Shown: one piece after another, positions 17,580-26,615 of the stretch
How positions within the stretch are numbered: position 1 is the first letter of the stretch
How the letters are laid out: every line of letters starts with the position of its first letter
Origin: an uncultured Cellvibrionales bacterium
Lineage (GTDB): Bacteria; Pseudomonadota; Gammaproteobacteria; Pseudomonadales; Porticoccaceae
DNA: 64,000 bases
NCBI GenBank assembly: GCA_963969005.1
Contig: CAXAJC010000001.1
Coordinates: 1,477-65,476 of the forward strand
Direction of reading: 5' to 3'
Notes under the pieces: model-generated
What the model saw: the letters and a program-made list of their open reading frames with translations, nothing else
What the model was told of the DNA's origin: nothing
Databases searched by the model: none
Made by a program: the position numbers and the translations under genes

Positions 17580-19469
17580 ATGATTTCACTGACAGATATT
17601 GAATTGCGCCGCGGCACCAAGGTGTTGCTTAACGAAGCACAGCTGGTTATTCACCCGGGCCAGCATATCGGCATTATTGGCGCCAATGGCTGTGGTAAAT
17701 CCAGTCTCTTCAAGCTGCTAATGGGCCAGATAACCCCGGATGCAGGCAATCTGTTTATTCCCAATAACTGGCGTATTGCTCATATGGCCCAGGAGCAGGC
17801 CAGCTCTGACAGCAGTGCTGTGGATTTTGTTTTGGACGGAGATCCACAGCTGCGCCAAATAGAAGGGGCGATCGAGCAGGCTCTATTGGTTGAGGATAAT
17901 GACCGCTTGGCCAAAGAATACGAGAAAATGGATGCTATCAGTGGCTTTGATGCGCGCTACCGGGCGGAGCAGCTGCTCCATGGTCTGGGTTTTCATCAGT
18001 CGGAAATAAAAAGGCCGGTGAGCAGTTTCTCTGGTGGCTGGAGAATCAGGCTTAATCTGGCCCAGTCATTGATGAGTGCCTCGGACCTGCTGTTGCTGGA
18101 TGAGCCCACCAACCATTTGGATTTAGATGCTACATTGTGGCTGGAGCAATGGTTAAAAGCCTACCCGGGCACATTGCTGATTATTTCCCATGATCGGGAT
18201 TTTATCGACAATGTGGTTGAGCGTATTGTGCATATTGAGCGGCAGCAAGCGGTGGCCTACACAGGTAATTATTCCTCCTTTGAAAGAGTGCGCGCCGAGC
18301 GGCTGGCACTGCAGCAGGCGAGTTTTGAGAAACAGCAAAAAAGGCGCAAAGATGTGGAGGCCTTTGTGGCACGATTCCGCTACAAGGCATCAAAAGCCAA
18401 ACAGGCCCAGAGTAGAATTAAAGAGCTGGAGCGCATGGAAAATATTGCGCCCGCCCATATTGATTCACCGTTTTATTTCAATTTTCCCGAGCCGCAAAAA
18501 GTTCACAGCGCCCTGGCCAATATTAGCCAGGCGGATTTAGGCTATGGTGAAAAAACCATCCTCTCTCAGGTTAATTTTGATTTACAGCCTGGTACCAGAG
18601 TTGGATTATTAGGCCCCAATGGTGCAGGTAAATCTACATTAATCAGCAGTCTGACCGGCGATATAAAATTAATATCCGGTGCCAAAGTCTATGGTGAAAA
18701 TGTCAAGATAGGTTATTTTGCCCAGCATCAATTAGAAGTTTTAGACTTACAGGCCAGTCCGTTGTTACATTTGCAGCGAATTAGTCCAAAAGCCACAGAT
18801 CAGGAAATAAGAAATTTTTTAGGTGGTTTTGATTTTCATAATGACAAAGCCCTTGACCCAATAAAAGATTTTTCCGGTGGTGAGAAGGCGCGCTTGGCGC
18901 TGGCTATTATTGTCTGGCAAAAACCTAATCTGCTTCTGTTAGACGAGCCAACTAACCATCTGGATCTGGAGATGCGCCAGGCCTTGACCATGGCTTTGCA
19001 GGGCTATGATGGTGCATTGGTGGTTATCTCTCATGATCGTCACCTGCTGCGCAATACTGTAGATCAGTTTTTCCTAGTCGCCGAAGGTCGAGTGGAGGAG
19101 TTTGATGGGGACTTAAAGGATTACCAACATTGGTTGAAAAATTTCTCCCGCGATACGCCAGTGCCACAGCAAATTGTTGTTGATTCTGCAGTAGATAAAA
19201 AACTGGCTCGACAGCAATCTGCTGAGAGTCGCAAGAAAATTGCGCCACTAAAAAAAGAAATAAAAACGATAGAGTCGAAAATTGAAAAGCAGCAACAAAA
19301 GCTGGCAGGTTTAGAAGCTCAATTGGCTGATACCAGTATTTATGAAGAGGAAAACAAGCAAAAACTAAAAGTCACTTTGGCTGATCAGGCTGAGGTCAAA
19401 AAGCAGTTATCCGATCTTGAGGAGAACTGGTTGGAGAAACTGGAATTAATTGAGTGCTTCGCGCAATAA
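17580..19469 (+). CDS. yheS: ABC-F ATPase, YheS-like
   Basis: Two ABC domains (GANGCGKS; GPNGAGKS), FSGGWRIRLNLA, ARFRYKASKAKQAQSR linker and a C-terminal coiled coil. Confidence 0.88.
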   Translation: MISLTDIELRRGTKVLLNEAQLVIHPGQHIGIIGANGCGKSSLFKLLMGQITPDAGNLFIPNNWRIAHMAQEQASSDSSAVDFVLDGDPQLRQIEGAIEQALLVEDNDRLAKEYEKMDAISGFDARYRAEQLLHGLGFHQSEIKRPVSSFSGGWRIRLNLAQSLMSASDLLLLDEPTNHLDLDATLWLEQWLKAYPGTLLIISHDRDFIDNVVERIVHIERQQAVAYTGNYSSFERVRAERLALQQASFEKQQKRRKDVEAFVARFRYKASKAKQAQSRIKELERMENIAPAHIDSPFYFNFPEPQKVHSALANISQADLGYGEKTILSQVNFDLQPGTRVGLLGPNGAGKSTLISSLTGDIKLISGAKVYGENVKIGYFAQHQLEVLDLQASPLLHLQRISPKATDQEIRNFLGGFDFHNDKALDPIKDFSGGEKARLALAIIVWQKPNLLLLDEPTNHLDLEMRQALTMALQGYDGALVVISHDRHLLRNTVDQFFLVAEGRVEEFDGDLKDYQHWLKNFSRDTPVPQQIVVDSAVDKKLARQQSAESRKKIAPLKKEIKTIESKIEKQQQKLAGLEAQLADTSIYEEENKQKLKVTLADQAEVKKQLSDLEENWLEKLELIECFAQ

Positions 19470-19568
19470 AAAGTCATAAAATACGCAATCGTATAGTTAA
19501 TTATGCAAACTAGTGGTGCATTGCTAAGGAAAGTAGTAAACATACTCTAATACAACGAGGTTATTAAT

Positions 19569-20078
19569 GTGTTTAATAAAGACAAGATTAAGGAAAAATA
19601 CCAGTCCGCTATCGCTAAATCTATGACCCCTGATAATCAGGTATCCAATTCAAAACTGCATTTAGTACAAGGAGGTACTCGCATGATTGGTCCCAACGTA
19701 AAAATTGAAGGTAAGATCACCAGTGACGAAACTCTGCTTATAGAAGGGCAAGTTGATGGCAGTATTGTGGCTGACTCCAGTAAAGTAGTGGTGGGCAAGT
19801 CCGGTGTTCTGACTGCCAATATCTCGGCCAAGGTGGTCAAGATTGAAGGCAAGGTAAAAGGCGATATTGCCGGTGGTGAAAATGTCATTATCGCCAAGAC
19901 CGGCAATGTGCTGGGTAATATCGAGTCACCCCGAGTGACCTTGGAAGATGGTGCCCAGTTTAAAGGTAGTATTGATATGGGCTCCGGCGAGAAGGCCGTT
20001 AAAGAGTTGCCCCTGCCGAAGCGATCAAATGTTAAGGCACATCGCTCGACATTGGATTCAGACGCCAAGGCATCCTGA
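19569..20078 (+). CDS. bactofilin (polymer-forming cytoskeletal protein)
   Basis: IGPNVKIEGKI...LLIEGQVDGSI...VKIEGKVKGDI...VLGNIESPRVTLEDGAQFKGSIDM beta-helix. GTG start gives an MFNK N-terminus. Confidence 0.93.
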   Translation: MFNKDKIKEKYQSAIAKSMTPDNQVSNSKLHLVQGGTRMIGPNVKIEGKITSDETLLIEGQVDGSIVADSSKVVVGKSGVLTANISAKVVKIEGKVKGDIAGGENVIIAKTGNVLGNIESPRVTLEDGAQFKGSIDMGSGEKAVKELPLPKRSNVKAHRSTLDSDAKAS

Positions 20079-20093
20079 CCTCTATTCACTGAT

Positions 20094-20117
20094 TGGCTCC
20101 CGCTGAGCCGGGAGCCA
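20094..20117. terminator. GC-rich hairpin downstream of bactofilin
   Basis: TGGCTCCC-gctgagcc-GGGAGCCA; the U-tract is only weak. Confidence 0.5.
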
Positions 20118-20391
20118 GATTAATTTTGAGCGCCCACCTAGATGAGAAGAGCTGCAATTCCTCTTAATTAGCTTCCTCGGCTTGAGGTTTCTCTTGGGAG
20201 ATTGCTAAAAGCTGCCTGATGGGCGAGTGGAATATATTCTCCTTGAAAACAGAAGCCTCCAGTGACTGCAGGACGATTTTTGTAAGCCCCCCAGACGATT
20301 CGAGTGACCTCCCGGTTCCATATTTATCCTTCTCAGTTGTGGGCGGGACAGATAAACTATGGGCCATAAAAATAACCACAAGGCAGTAACA

Positions 20392-21108
20392 ATGAAACAG
20401 GCAATTATTATAGGCGCCAGCTCAGGTATTGGTTGGGAGTTGGCGGTTCAGCTGGCGGCAAAAGGTTATCGACTGGGTCTGATGGCCCGGCGCAGTGGTT
20501 GCCTGGAGAAGCTGGCGGGCAAACTGCCCGGGGAGCATTTTATTCAGGTTACTGATGTGTCTCAGGCTGAACAGTCTCAGGAGGAGCTGACGTCCTTAAT
20601 TGAAAAAATGGGTGATGTTGATCTTATTGTGGTTAATTCCGGGGTTGGCAATAAAGAGCGCAAACTTGACTGGGTGGTTGAGCGGGAAATGATTGATGTC
20701 AATGTCCGTGGCTTTGCCGCCATGTCACTGACATCGATGAATTATTTTACCCAGCGTGGTGCCGGTCACTTGGTAGGGCTGTCCTCCTGTGCTGCCCACT
20801 TCTCGGCGGGAATAACACCTACCTACAATGCCACTAAAGCATTTGCCTCCAACTATCTCAATGGCTTGCGCTCCCGTGCTGCCAGATCCAAGCTGCCTAT
20901 TACCATCACTACAATTGAGCCTGGTTTTGTCGAAACGCCGATGGTCGAAGGCAAGCCCATGTGGCTGGCACCTTTGGAGAAAGCTGTGACGCAGATGGTG
21001 ACTGGTATTGAAAGGAGACGAGACCATATCTTTATTACCAGACGCTGGAGACTGGTTGCCCTGTTGCTGGATATTATGCCCAATGGGCTGATTCGCAAAT
21101 TGATGTAA
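20392..21108 (+). CDS. short-chain dehydrogenase/reductase
   Basis: IGASSGIG, NSG, YNATK (YxxxK) and IEPGFVETPM. Confidence 0.92.
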   Translation: MKQAIIIGASSGIGWELAVQLAAKGYRLGLMARRSGCLEKLAGKLPGEHFIQVTDVSQAEQSQEELTSLIEKMGDVDLIVVNSGVGNKERKLDWVVEREMIDVNVRGFAAMSLTSMNYFTQRGAGHLVGLSSCAAHFSAGITPTYNATKAFASNYLNGLRSRAARSKLPITITTIEPGFVETPMVEGKPMWLAPLEKAVTQMVTGIERRRDHIFITRRWRLVALLLDIMPNGLIRKLM

Positions 21109-21178
21109 TTGATTGTGGTTTGATGATCTCTATTGATATTTCAATTACCAATTACTGGACTCACAGGTCACAAAAGCT

Positions 21179-21886
21179 ATGGCATTAATCTCTCGGGGCC
21201 TTGCCGCCGCCAGCAGAAAAGGCGCAGCAGATATGCTGCCCCTGAGTCTGGCCGTGTTGCCCTGGGGCGTCTTGTTTGGCTCCCTGGCAGTGCAGCGTGG
21301 CTTTAGCTGGCTCGAGGCGCAGCTTTTTTCCGGGATTATTTTTGGCGGCGCAGTACAGATTGTGACGGTGGAATTGATTGCTGACAATGCCTCATTGCTG
21401 ACCGTTTTATTCAGTGCCTTTGTAATTAGCTCAAGGCACTTTCTCTATGGCCTGACATTGCGCGATCGACTCAGTCCCCAGCCATTGCGCTGGCGTTTGG
21501 GTTTGGGGTTTTTGTTGACCGATGAACTCTTTGCCCTGTCTGGGGACCGGCGGGCCTACCAATCCAGATTTCGACTCTACTATGCTCTGGGTGCTGGGGG
21601 CAGTTTTTATCTGATCTGGAATCTATGGACCTTTGTCGGCATAGTTGCAGGGGCCTCATTGCCCGACCTTACTGAATTGGGTTTGGACTTTGCGATTGCT
21701 GCGACCTTTATTGCTCTGGTGGTACCTGAGATCAAAACGCTTGCAACTCTGGTTACAGTACTGGTGGCCGCCGCAGGTGGAATCCTATTTAGCCTCTGGC
21801 AATGGGAGATGGGTCTGGTCTGTGCGGCAGTGCTGGCTATGGTGTCTGGTTACCTTTGTGCAAAAATTCAAGAGGGCTCATCTTGA
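21179..21886 (+). CDS. azlC: AzlC-family branched-chain amino acid exporter subunit
   Basis: PWGVLFG, FGGAVQ, SRHFLYG, LTDELFA and GLDFAIAATFIALV. Confidence 0.9.
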   Translation: MALISRGLAAASRKGAADMLPLSLAVLPWGVLFGSLAVQRGFSWLEAQLFSGIIFGGAVQIVTVELIADNASLLTVLFSAFVISSRHFLYGLTLRDRLSPQPLRWRLGLGFLLTDELFALSGDRRAYQSRFRLYYALGAGGSFYLIWNLWTFVGIVAGASLPDLTELGLDFAIAATFIALVVPEIKTLATLVTVLVAAAGGILFSLWQWEMGLVCAAVLAMVSGYLCAKIQEGSS

Positions 21887-22188
21887 CCTTGCTGACTATA
21901 TTACTGCTGGCCTGCATTACCTTTGGCACTCGCTATTTGTTTCTTGAGGGGCGGCTGCCTATTCGTCTCGGCCCAAACGTAAAACATCTTTTAAGCTTTA
22001 GTGGTCCTGCAGTGTTAACCGCCATCGCCGCGCCTATTATTTTTATTCATCAACAACAGCTGGATATCGCTATTGATAACCCCTATCTCTGGGGTGCACT
22101 GGCTGCGGTAGTTACGGCTTATAAAACCGGGTCTGTTTATTGGACCATGGGTGTGGGTTTGCTGGTATTTGCGCTGGCAGGTTTTTAA
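21883..22188 (+). CDS. azlD: AzlD-family protein
   Basis: ITFGTRYLFL...LSFSGPAVLTAI. TTG start overlaps the azlC stop. Confidence 0.82.
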   Translation: MTLLTILLLACITFGTRYLFLEGRLPIRLGPNVKHLLSFSGPAVLTAIAAPIIFIHQQQLDIAIDNPYLWGALAAVVTAYKTGSVYWTMGVGLLVFALAGF

Positions 22189-22315
22189 ACAGGCATTTTG
22201 CACTGGTACTCACAGGTCACTGAATTACTTCTGTTAGGGTTCAGGGTGGCTGCACTGTTTTAGCATCATTGATATTATGAAACCCTAATTTAAAGACAGA
22301 AACGAGACGCGAATT

Positions 22316-23458
22316 ATGATCCCAAGATGTTTATATGATTCCGACCATGAGATGTTCCGCGATAGCCTGCGCAAGTTTATTGAAACTGAAGCCATGCCCC
22401 ACCATGAGCAGTGGGAAAAAGACGGCATGGTCAGTGACGAGATTTGGCTAAAGGCCGGCGAGCAGGGCTTTTTATGCCCAATGATTCCGGAAGAATACGG
22501 TGGCGTGGGAACTGATTTTCTCTATAACTGCATTGTTAATGAAGAGATTGGCCGCTCCGGTTGTACTGGCCTTGGCTGGACATTACACAATGATATTACT
22601 GTGCCCTATATCGTCCGCTACGGCAGCGAAGAGCAGAAGCAAAAGTATCTGCCTCGCTGCATTACTGGTGAGCTGATAACTGCTATCGCTATGACCGAGC
22701 CCGGTGCCGGTTCAGATTTGCAGGGCACTAATACTACCGCCGTGCTGGATGGGGATCATTATATTCTCAATGGCTCCAAGACCTTTATCACCAATGGCCA
22801 AAAAGCTGGTTTGGTGATTGTGGTGGCCAAGACTGATACCAGTGCTGGCTCCAAAGGCATTAGCCTGTTCCTGGTGGAAGCGGACCTGCCTGGATTTAGC
22901 AAAGGCAAAAATCTGACCAAGCTGGGCCTGAAAGCGCAGGATACTTCAGAGCTGTTTTTCCAGGATGTAAAAGTCCCCAAGGAAAACTTGCTCGGTGAAG
23001 AGGGCCGCGGCTTTATCTACCTGATGCAGGATCTGCCTCAGGAGCGTCTGTCGATTGCGGTGGGCGCAGTGGCTAATGCCAAAGCTATTCTGGAGGCGAC
23101 CATTGATTACACTAAAGAGCGTAAAGCCTTTGGTACGACCGTGGCCTCATTCCAAAACACCCAATTCAAACTGGCCGAGCTGTCGGCAGAGGTAGACTGT
23201 GCCGAAGTCTATACCGATCGCTGCACCGAGCTATTGCTGGAAGACAAGCTGGATACAGTCACAGCGTCCAAGGCAAAACTATTGACCACTGACTTGCAGT
23301 GCAAAGTAGCGGACGAGTGTCTGCAGCTGCACGGTGGCTGGGGCTATATGTGGGAGTATCCAGTGTGTCGCGCCTTCGCGGATTCCAGAATCCAGCGTAT
23401 TTATGGCGGTACTAATGAGATTATGAAGTTGATTATCTCAAGGGACCTAATGAAGTAA
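22316..23458 (+). CDS. acyl-CoA dehydrogenase
   Basis: IAMTEPGAGSDL, NGSKTFITNG, QDTSELFF, ERLSIA, QLHGGWGY and IYGGTNEIMK. Confidence 0.95.
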   Translation: MIPRCLYDSDHEMFRDSLRKFIETEAMPHHEQWEKDGMVSDEIWLKAGEQGFLCPMIPEEYGGVGTDFLYNCIVNEEIGRSGCTGLGWTLHNDITVPYIVRYGSEEQKQKYLPRCITGELITAIAMTEPGAGSDLQGTNTTAVLDGDHYILNGSKTFITNGQKAGLVIVVAKTDTSAGSKGISLFLVEADLPGFSKGKNLTKLGLKAQDTSELFFQDVKVPKENLLGEEGRGFIYLMQDLPQERLSIAVGAVANAKAILEATIDYTKERKAFGTTVASFQNTQFKLAELSAEVDCAEVYTDRCTELLLEDKLDTVTASKAKLLTTDLQCKVADECLQLHGGWGYMWEYPVCRAFADSRIQRIYGGTNEIMKLIISRDLMK

Positions 23459-23475
23459 AATTTTCAGAGTCAGAA

Positions 23476-23503
23476 AAAAACGCCCCTTTGATGGGGCGTT
23501 TTT
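23476..23503. terminator. bidirectional intrinsic terminator
   Basis: AAAAACGCCCC-tttgat-GGGGCGTTTTT between convergent genes. Confidence 0.85.
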
Positions 23504-23538
23504 GTGTTTGAGATTTAATTCAGCCAGGCGATAGAAAA

Positions 23539-24273
23539 TCAATCTTTATAGGAGGGGTCAATCTTCTCAATCAGCCGGGTAAAAGCCTTAAATTCCAGCT
23601 CGCCGCTTGGCCCGCCCATGGCCTGCATAGCCATCAGCTGTTCCGACTTGGCCAGGATTTCAGGGCCCACCGGAATATTGGGTCGGCCAGTGGAGTCTGT
23701 TGTCACCTGTACCTGACAGGCGCGCTCCATGGCCCAGAGATTTTGAAAGGCTTCGGGAATAGTACGCCCACCGGCCAGCAGGCCGTGGTTGCGCAAAATC
23801 ATCAGGCTCTTATCACCTAGGTTGGCGATCAGCCTTGGTTTCTCATCTTCATTGACGGTAATGCCTTCAAAGTCATGATAGGCGATCTGGTTGTGTAGCA
23901 GTGCTGAATAGAAGTTGTCGGTGCGCAACCCTTCCTGTGTGCAGGCAACTGCCATTCCGGCATTAGTGTGGGTATGGGCAATGCACTGCACATCTGGACG
24001 AGCAGCATGGATAGCGGTGTGAATCACAATGCCCGCGGGGTTTACCCTGTACTCAGTGTCTTCGACAATATTGCCTTCGATATCCACTTTAACCAGATTA
24101 GAGGCAGTTACTTCTTTATAGTGCAGGCCGTAGGGGTTGATCAGAAAATGGTGCTCGTCGCCGGGCACCTTGACTGTAATATGGTTGTAGATCATTTCAC
24201 TCCAACCCATGTAGTCAAAGATTCTGTAGCAGGCTGCCAGCTGTACTCGCAGTTCTCGCTCTGTCTGTGCCAT
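23539..24273 (-). CDS. class II aldolase/adducin family protein
   Basis: NHITVKVP, FLINPYG, IHTAIHAARP, HTHT and LRNHGL. Confidence 0.92.
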   Translation of the reverse strand: MAQTERELRVQLAACYRIFDYMGWSEMIYNHITVKVPGDEHHFLINPYGLHYKEVTASNLVKVDIEGNIVEDTEYRVNPAGIVIHTAIHAARPDVQCIAHTHTNAGMAVACTQEGLRTDNFYSALLHNQIAYHDFEGITVNEDEKPRLIANLGDKSLMILRNHGLLAGGRTIPEAFQNLWAMERACQVQVTTDSTGRPNIPVGPEILAKSEQLMAMQAMGGPSGELEFKAFTRLIEKIDPSYKD

Positions 24274-24407
24274 TAGTTTGCCCTCTCTACCCATTATTTT
24301 TTATTAAGGCCACTTTATCACCGGCGGTAAGCAAAGCGCCATTGCTGTTTCTTTGCACTACAGCATTTTTATCATCGCTGATTTCGGCACGGGCCCAGAC
24401 CAGTGTT

Positions 24408-25388
24408 TTAGCCATCGGCATCCATCAGCGCTCTCGCCGCCGCCCAGCCCGATTGCACCGCCCCCTCAAAGCGCGGCCCGGCAAAGGCATCACCAGCAAC
24501 TGCCAGAGGTGGCAGAGCAGTGCTATCACTTAATAGCAAACAGGGATCGGGATCTACAGTAGAGGGCTTGCTGTAGCGCCAGCCATGGACCTGATATTCG
24601 ATTACCTGTGCATCACCAAGATGCTGTGCTGCCGCATCAATCAGTTGTTGGCCAATTTGCATACGGTTATGGTCAAGATGCTCGGCGCTATACTCACCAC
24701 TGCCATGAATGGTCACTGCAGGAATTTTGGATACGCCTTTTTGCAGATTATCGCTAATCCAGGCGATGGGCCCTTCCTCCAGTGCGATGGCGCCAGGCGC
24801 TTCAATAGCAGTTGGGCCATCGAGAATAGCCATCACCGCAATACAGCTTTCATATTCAATACGCTCAAGTCGGGCTTGCTTGTCTGCTGGAATATTAATC
24901 CCTTCAAGTAGCTCCAGAGCCTGGGGCACAGGGGAGGTAATCAGAAGTTTGTTGGCGTTGACTCTGTCGCCATTATCCAGATTGGCCAGCCAGCCAGCGT
25001 GCTGCTGGGATACTGTCACCACTCTGGTGGCACGCATAATATCCAGCCCAATGGCCAGATGCTTGGCCACGGCAGTCATAGTGGGTACGCCACGATATCT
25101 GGGGTGGCCATTGGGCTGCCCCGGATAGCTGCTATACCATTCCTCGGCCACACCAGCGGCAATCCAATCTGCCACAGCGGCTCTAAAGCGCGGCTCCCGC
25201 GCTGTCATAAACTGCGCCCCATGATCAAAGGTCGCATCACCAATTCGCCGTCCCGCCAGCCTGCCACCCAGACCGCGGCCTTTATCAATCACCAGAACCT
25301 GGTGACCCGCCTGCTGAAGGTCATTGGCGGCACTGAGGCCGGCTAGACCGGCACCAATAATTAAGATATCGGTTGTGATGGTGGACAT
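24408..25388 (-). CDS. renalase-like FAD/NAD(P)-dependent oxidoreductase
   Basis: GAGLAGL, DKGRGLGGRLA, FDHGAQF, HGWRYS and GDAFAGPRFEGAVQSG. Confidence 0.9.
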   Translation of the reverse strand: MSTITTDILIIGAGLAGLSAANDLQQAGHQVLVIDKGRGLGGRLAGRRIGDATFDHGAQFMTAREPRFRAAVADWIAAGVAEEWYSSYPGQPNGHPRYRGVPTMTAVAKHLAIGLDIMRATRVVTVSQQHAGWLANLDNGDRVNANKLLITSPVPQALELLEGINIPADKQARLERIEYESCIAVMAILDGPTAIEAPGAIALEEGPIAWISDNLQKGVSKIPAVTIHGSGEYSAEHLDHNRMQIGQQLIDAAAQHLGDAQVIEYQVHGWRYSKPSTVDPDPCLLLSDSTALPPLAVAGDAFAGPRFEGAVQSGWAAARALMDADG

Positions 25389-25408
25389 GATTATAGGTCT
25401 TTGCTGAG

Positions 25409-25549
25409 TTAGCGTTTGCGAGCGTCGGTTTTGCAGCGCACCGAACAGTAGCGCACTTCATCCCAGACCTTCTCCCATTTCTTACGCCAGGTAAAAGGGC
25501 GCTGGCAAACAGGGCAAATCTTGCTCGGCAGGTCGGACTTTTTACGCAT
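25409..25549 (-). CDS. DUF2256-family small Cys protein (not in the ORF track)
   Basis: Hand translation MRKKSDLPSKICPVCQRPFTWRKKWEKVWDEVRYCSVRCKTDARKR* (46 aa) with the CxxC...WRKKW...YCSxxC signature. Confidence 0.9.
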   Translation of the reverse strand: MRKKSDLPSKICPVCQRPFTWRKKWEKVWDEVRYCSVRCKTDARKR

Positions 25550-25590
25550 AGCGGGCATAGCTGGATTATGACAGCTTTTGACCTTGGCTG

Positions 25591-26418
25591 TCAGGCAGCA
25601 GCCAATGCACCGCCCGCCAATGTAATGCGATGCATTAATCTCATCTGGCCCTGATAGTCATTGTCGGCCATATGCCAGGTGCAGCGATTATCCCAAAAGG
25701 TCACTGAGCCGGGCTGCCAGTTAAAGCTGCAGGTGAACCGCGGTTGGTTAACATGGGCATAGAGTTTATCCAACAGCACGCGACTGTCGGCAAAATCCCA
25801 TCCCTCAAATTGAATAGTATGGCCAGGGTTGACATAGAGTACCTTGCGGCCACTTTCAGGGTGGCGAATAACCACAGGATGAGTAGCATCCCCAACCCGA
25901 TCCATGCCTCCCAGCTGCTCGGCTAAATCAGTCATGCGATAGAGGCCATTTTCACCATACAGATGAGTGTTGGAATGCACAGCGCGCAGGCCTTGAATAT
26001 CCTGTTTAAGGTCTGCAGGCAGCGCATCATAGGCTGCGGCAAGATTGGCAAAATGGGTATTGCCGCCAGTCTCGGGCAATGTGCGCGCCACCAGAATTGA
26101 GCCCAGAGCAGGTTCATCATCGTAGGAATGATCTGTGTGCCAGCCACCACCAATATTAGTTTGCTGGGTTTTTTCTTTGCGCACCTCGGCAATCTCGGGG
26201 TGTTCCTGTGTGGTTTTAAAAAACTTGTTAACCACAATTTTTCCAAAGCGGTGGGCAAAGCGAAGATGTTCTTCTGGGGGCAGTTCCTGATCGCGGAAAA
26301 ACAGTAAGCCATGTTCAGTAAATGCTCTGCGCAGTTCAACCAGTTCAGCATCAGTCATAGAGGCCAGCTGCAGGTCGCTCACAACCGCGCCGCAGTTTTC
26401 GAAAGGGGATACTTGCAT
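25591..26418 (-). CDS. TauD/TfdA-family Fe(II)/2-oxoglutarate dioxygenase
   Basis: HGLLFFRDQ, WHTDHSY (HxD), HPVVIRHPESGRKVLYVN and WDNRCTWH. Confidence 0.93.
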   Translation of the reverse strand: MQVSPFENCGAVVSDLQLASMTDAELVELRRAFTEHGLLFFRDQELPPEEHLRFAHRFGKIVVNKFFKTTQEHPEIAEVRKEKTQQTNIGGGWHTDHSYDDEPALGSILVARTLPETGGNTHFANLAAAYDALPADLKQDIQGLRAVHSNTHLYGENGLYRMTDLAEQLGGMDRVGDATHPVVIRHPESGRKVLYVNPGHTIQFEGWDFADSRVLLDKLYAHVNQPRFTCSFNWQPGSVTFWDNRCTWHMADNDYQGQMRLMHRITLAGGALAAA

Positions 26419-26615
26419 ATGAATCTCTAATTATTATTGATGATCGCTATTGGATCATACGACTGATAGCAAAACAATAATGATAAGGCAGAGGATAAAC
26501 AGGATAGATAATAAGCTGGCGATTAGGTCTTGCCATGGTTGACTCATTTTGTATAACCACAGAGACAACTCAGTACAGCGGCTTATGGCCTTTTTTAATT
26601 TGTATCTATAAAGAG

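Noticed and set aside
10497-19469. Two ABC-F genes (ettA, yheS) within 9 kb as a dedicated ribosome-protection island
   Set aside because: Both look like standard housekeeping ABC-F subfamilies, are separately transcribed, and have unrelated genes between them.
20281-20298. TGTAAG as a possible GacA box for an Rsm sRNA
   Set aside because: Only one half of TGTAAG-N6-CTTACA is present, and it lies inside rather than upstream of the candidate RNA.
20164-20379. 71-aa minus-strand ORF from the track
   Set aside because: It overlaps the SDR leader, has no SD and no family resemblance. The region is kept only as a weak small-ORF/sRNA candidate.
24313-24331. TATCACCGGCGGTAAGC resembles a lambda CI/Cro operator
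   Set aside because: Only one half-site matches well and there is no phage gene nearby, so it is probably chance or a host regulator site.
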